IMG/VR virus record: IMGVR_UViG_2778261296_000008
Source: a virus
Lineage: Duplodnaviria; Heunggongvirae; Uroviricota; Caudoviricetes
DNA length: 7,256 bases
Reading direction: 5' to 3' (one strand)
The stretch's first letter is position 1. Each line of letters opens with the position of its first letter. The notes beneath the pieces are model-generated. The model made no database searches. It saw only the letters and a program-made list of their open reading frames with translations, and had not been told where the DNA came from. Position numbers and translations under genes: made by a program. Shown piece by piece: positions 6,693 to 7,256 of the stretch.

Positions 6693-7256
6693 CAATTTAT
6701 TCTTTGTCGCTGATGAGGGAAATTTTTTATAGAGCGTGGACAGGCCAATATCAAAAATCAGCGCCACACGTTGACGAGATTCCCCCGCAGCCAGCAACCG
6801 TCCGACCTGCTCCCACTCACTCGCGGTGAGTTTCGGACGTCTGCCACCAATACGACCTTTGGCTCTGGCCGCTTCCAGTCCGGCGCGTGTCCGCTCGACA
6901 ATGAGTTCTCGCTCCATTTCAGCCAGGGCCCCCATCACATGAAAGAAAAAACGCCCCATCGGCGTGCTGGTATCAATAGCATCCGTCAGACTGCGAAAAT
7001 TAACGCCGCGTTCGCGCAGTTCCTCAACCAGAATGACCAGATGCCGCATACTACGCCCCAGCCTGTCCAGCTTCCAGACTACCAGAGTGTCACCTGCTGA
7101 TAATGTTCTGAGCAGTTTTTTCAGTCCCGGTCTGTCGGACTTCGTGCCGCTGATTTTATCCTCAAAAATCCGCTCGCATCCTGCGCACTCCAGCGCGTTA
7201 CGCTGCAATTCCGTGTTCTGGTCATTTGTTGACACGCGTACATAGCCAATAAGCAT
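6663..7256 (-). CDS. Serine DNA invertase, Hin/Gin/Pin/Cin family (197 aa)
   Basis: The N-terminus MLIGYVRVSTNDQNTELQRNAL carries the catalytic-serine motif of small serine recombinases. Conserved blocks DTLVVWKLDRLGRS and MGRFFFHVMGALAEMERELIVERT, and a C-terminal helix-turn-helix (ALIFDIGLSTLYKKFP), match Hin-family invertases. The start codon is exactly at the window edge (7256..7254) and the stop TAG is at 6665..6663. Confidence 0.85.
   Translation of the reverse strand: MLIGYVRVSTNDQNTELQRNALECAGCERIFEDKISGTKSDRPGLKKLLRTLSAGDTLVVWKLDRLGRSMRHLVILVEELRERGVNFRSLTDAIDTSTPMGRFFFHVMGALAEMERELIVERTRAGLEAARAKGRIGGRRPKLTASEWEQVGRLLAAGESRQRVALIFDIGLSTLYKKFPSSATKNKLCHPLANRDK

Noticed and set aside
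6771-7245. Plus-strand ORFs 6771..7100 and 6964..7245, and short plus-strand ORF 6623..6829
   Set aside because: They are antisense to the invertase gene, or in 6623..6829 span the invertase-FI promoter region. The invertase on the minus strand has clear conserved family motifs, which makes these spurious.
1-7256. Search for CRISPR arrays, tRNA/rRNA genes, IS elements, toxin-antitoxin or defence-system cargo
   Set aside because: No spaced direct repeats, tRNA-like cloverleaf candidates, transposase-like ORFs or terminal inverted repeats were seen. The minus strand is nearly saturated by the tail operon, leaving no room for an unannotated system.

Overview
This window is a contiguous late (tail) gene block of a P2-family myovirus or prophage, most likely in an enterobacterial host, with every gene on the minus strand. 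Reading in the direction of transcription (high to low coordinates): a Hin/Gin/Pin-family serine DNA invertase (6663..7256), tail sheath FI (5413..6603), tail tube FII (4882..5400), tail chaperone E (4550..4825) and its -1 frameshift product E+E' (4398..4825), tape measure T (1958..4405), U (1464..1943), D (301..1464) and the zinc-finger late activator Ogr (1..219). Protein lengths match P2 exactly (Ogr 72, D 387, U 159, T 815, E 91, E+E' 142, FII 172, FI 396), and gene order and spacing are those of the P2 FI-FII-E-T-U-D-ogr arrangement. The identifications rest on my recognition of the translated sequences and on architecture; I could not run any search. I see no evidence of a novel or undescribed system here: coding density is very high and there is no unexplained intergenic space. 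The only accessory-type element is the invertase at the right edge, sitting where P2 carries Z/fun; it implies an invertible tail-fibre segment just outside the window. The plus-strand ORFs in the track are antisense artefacts inside these genes.
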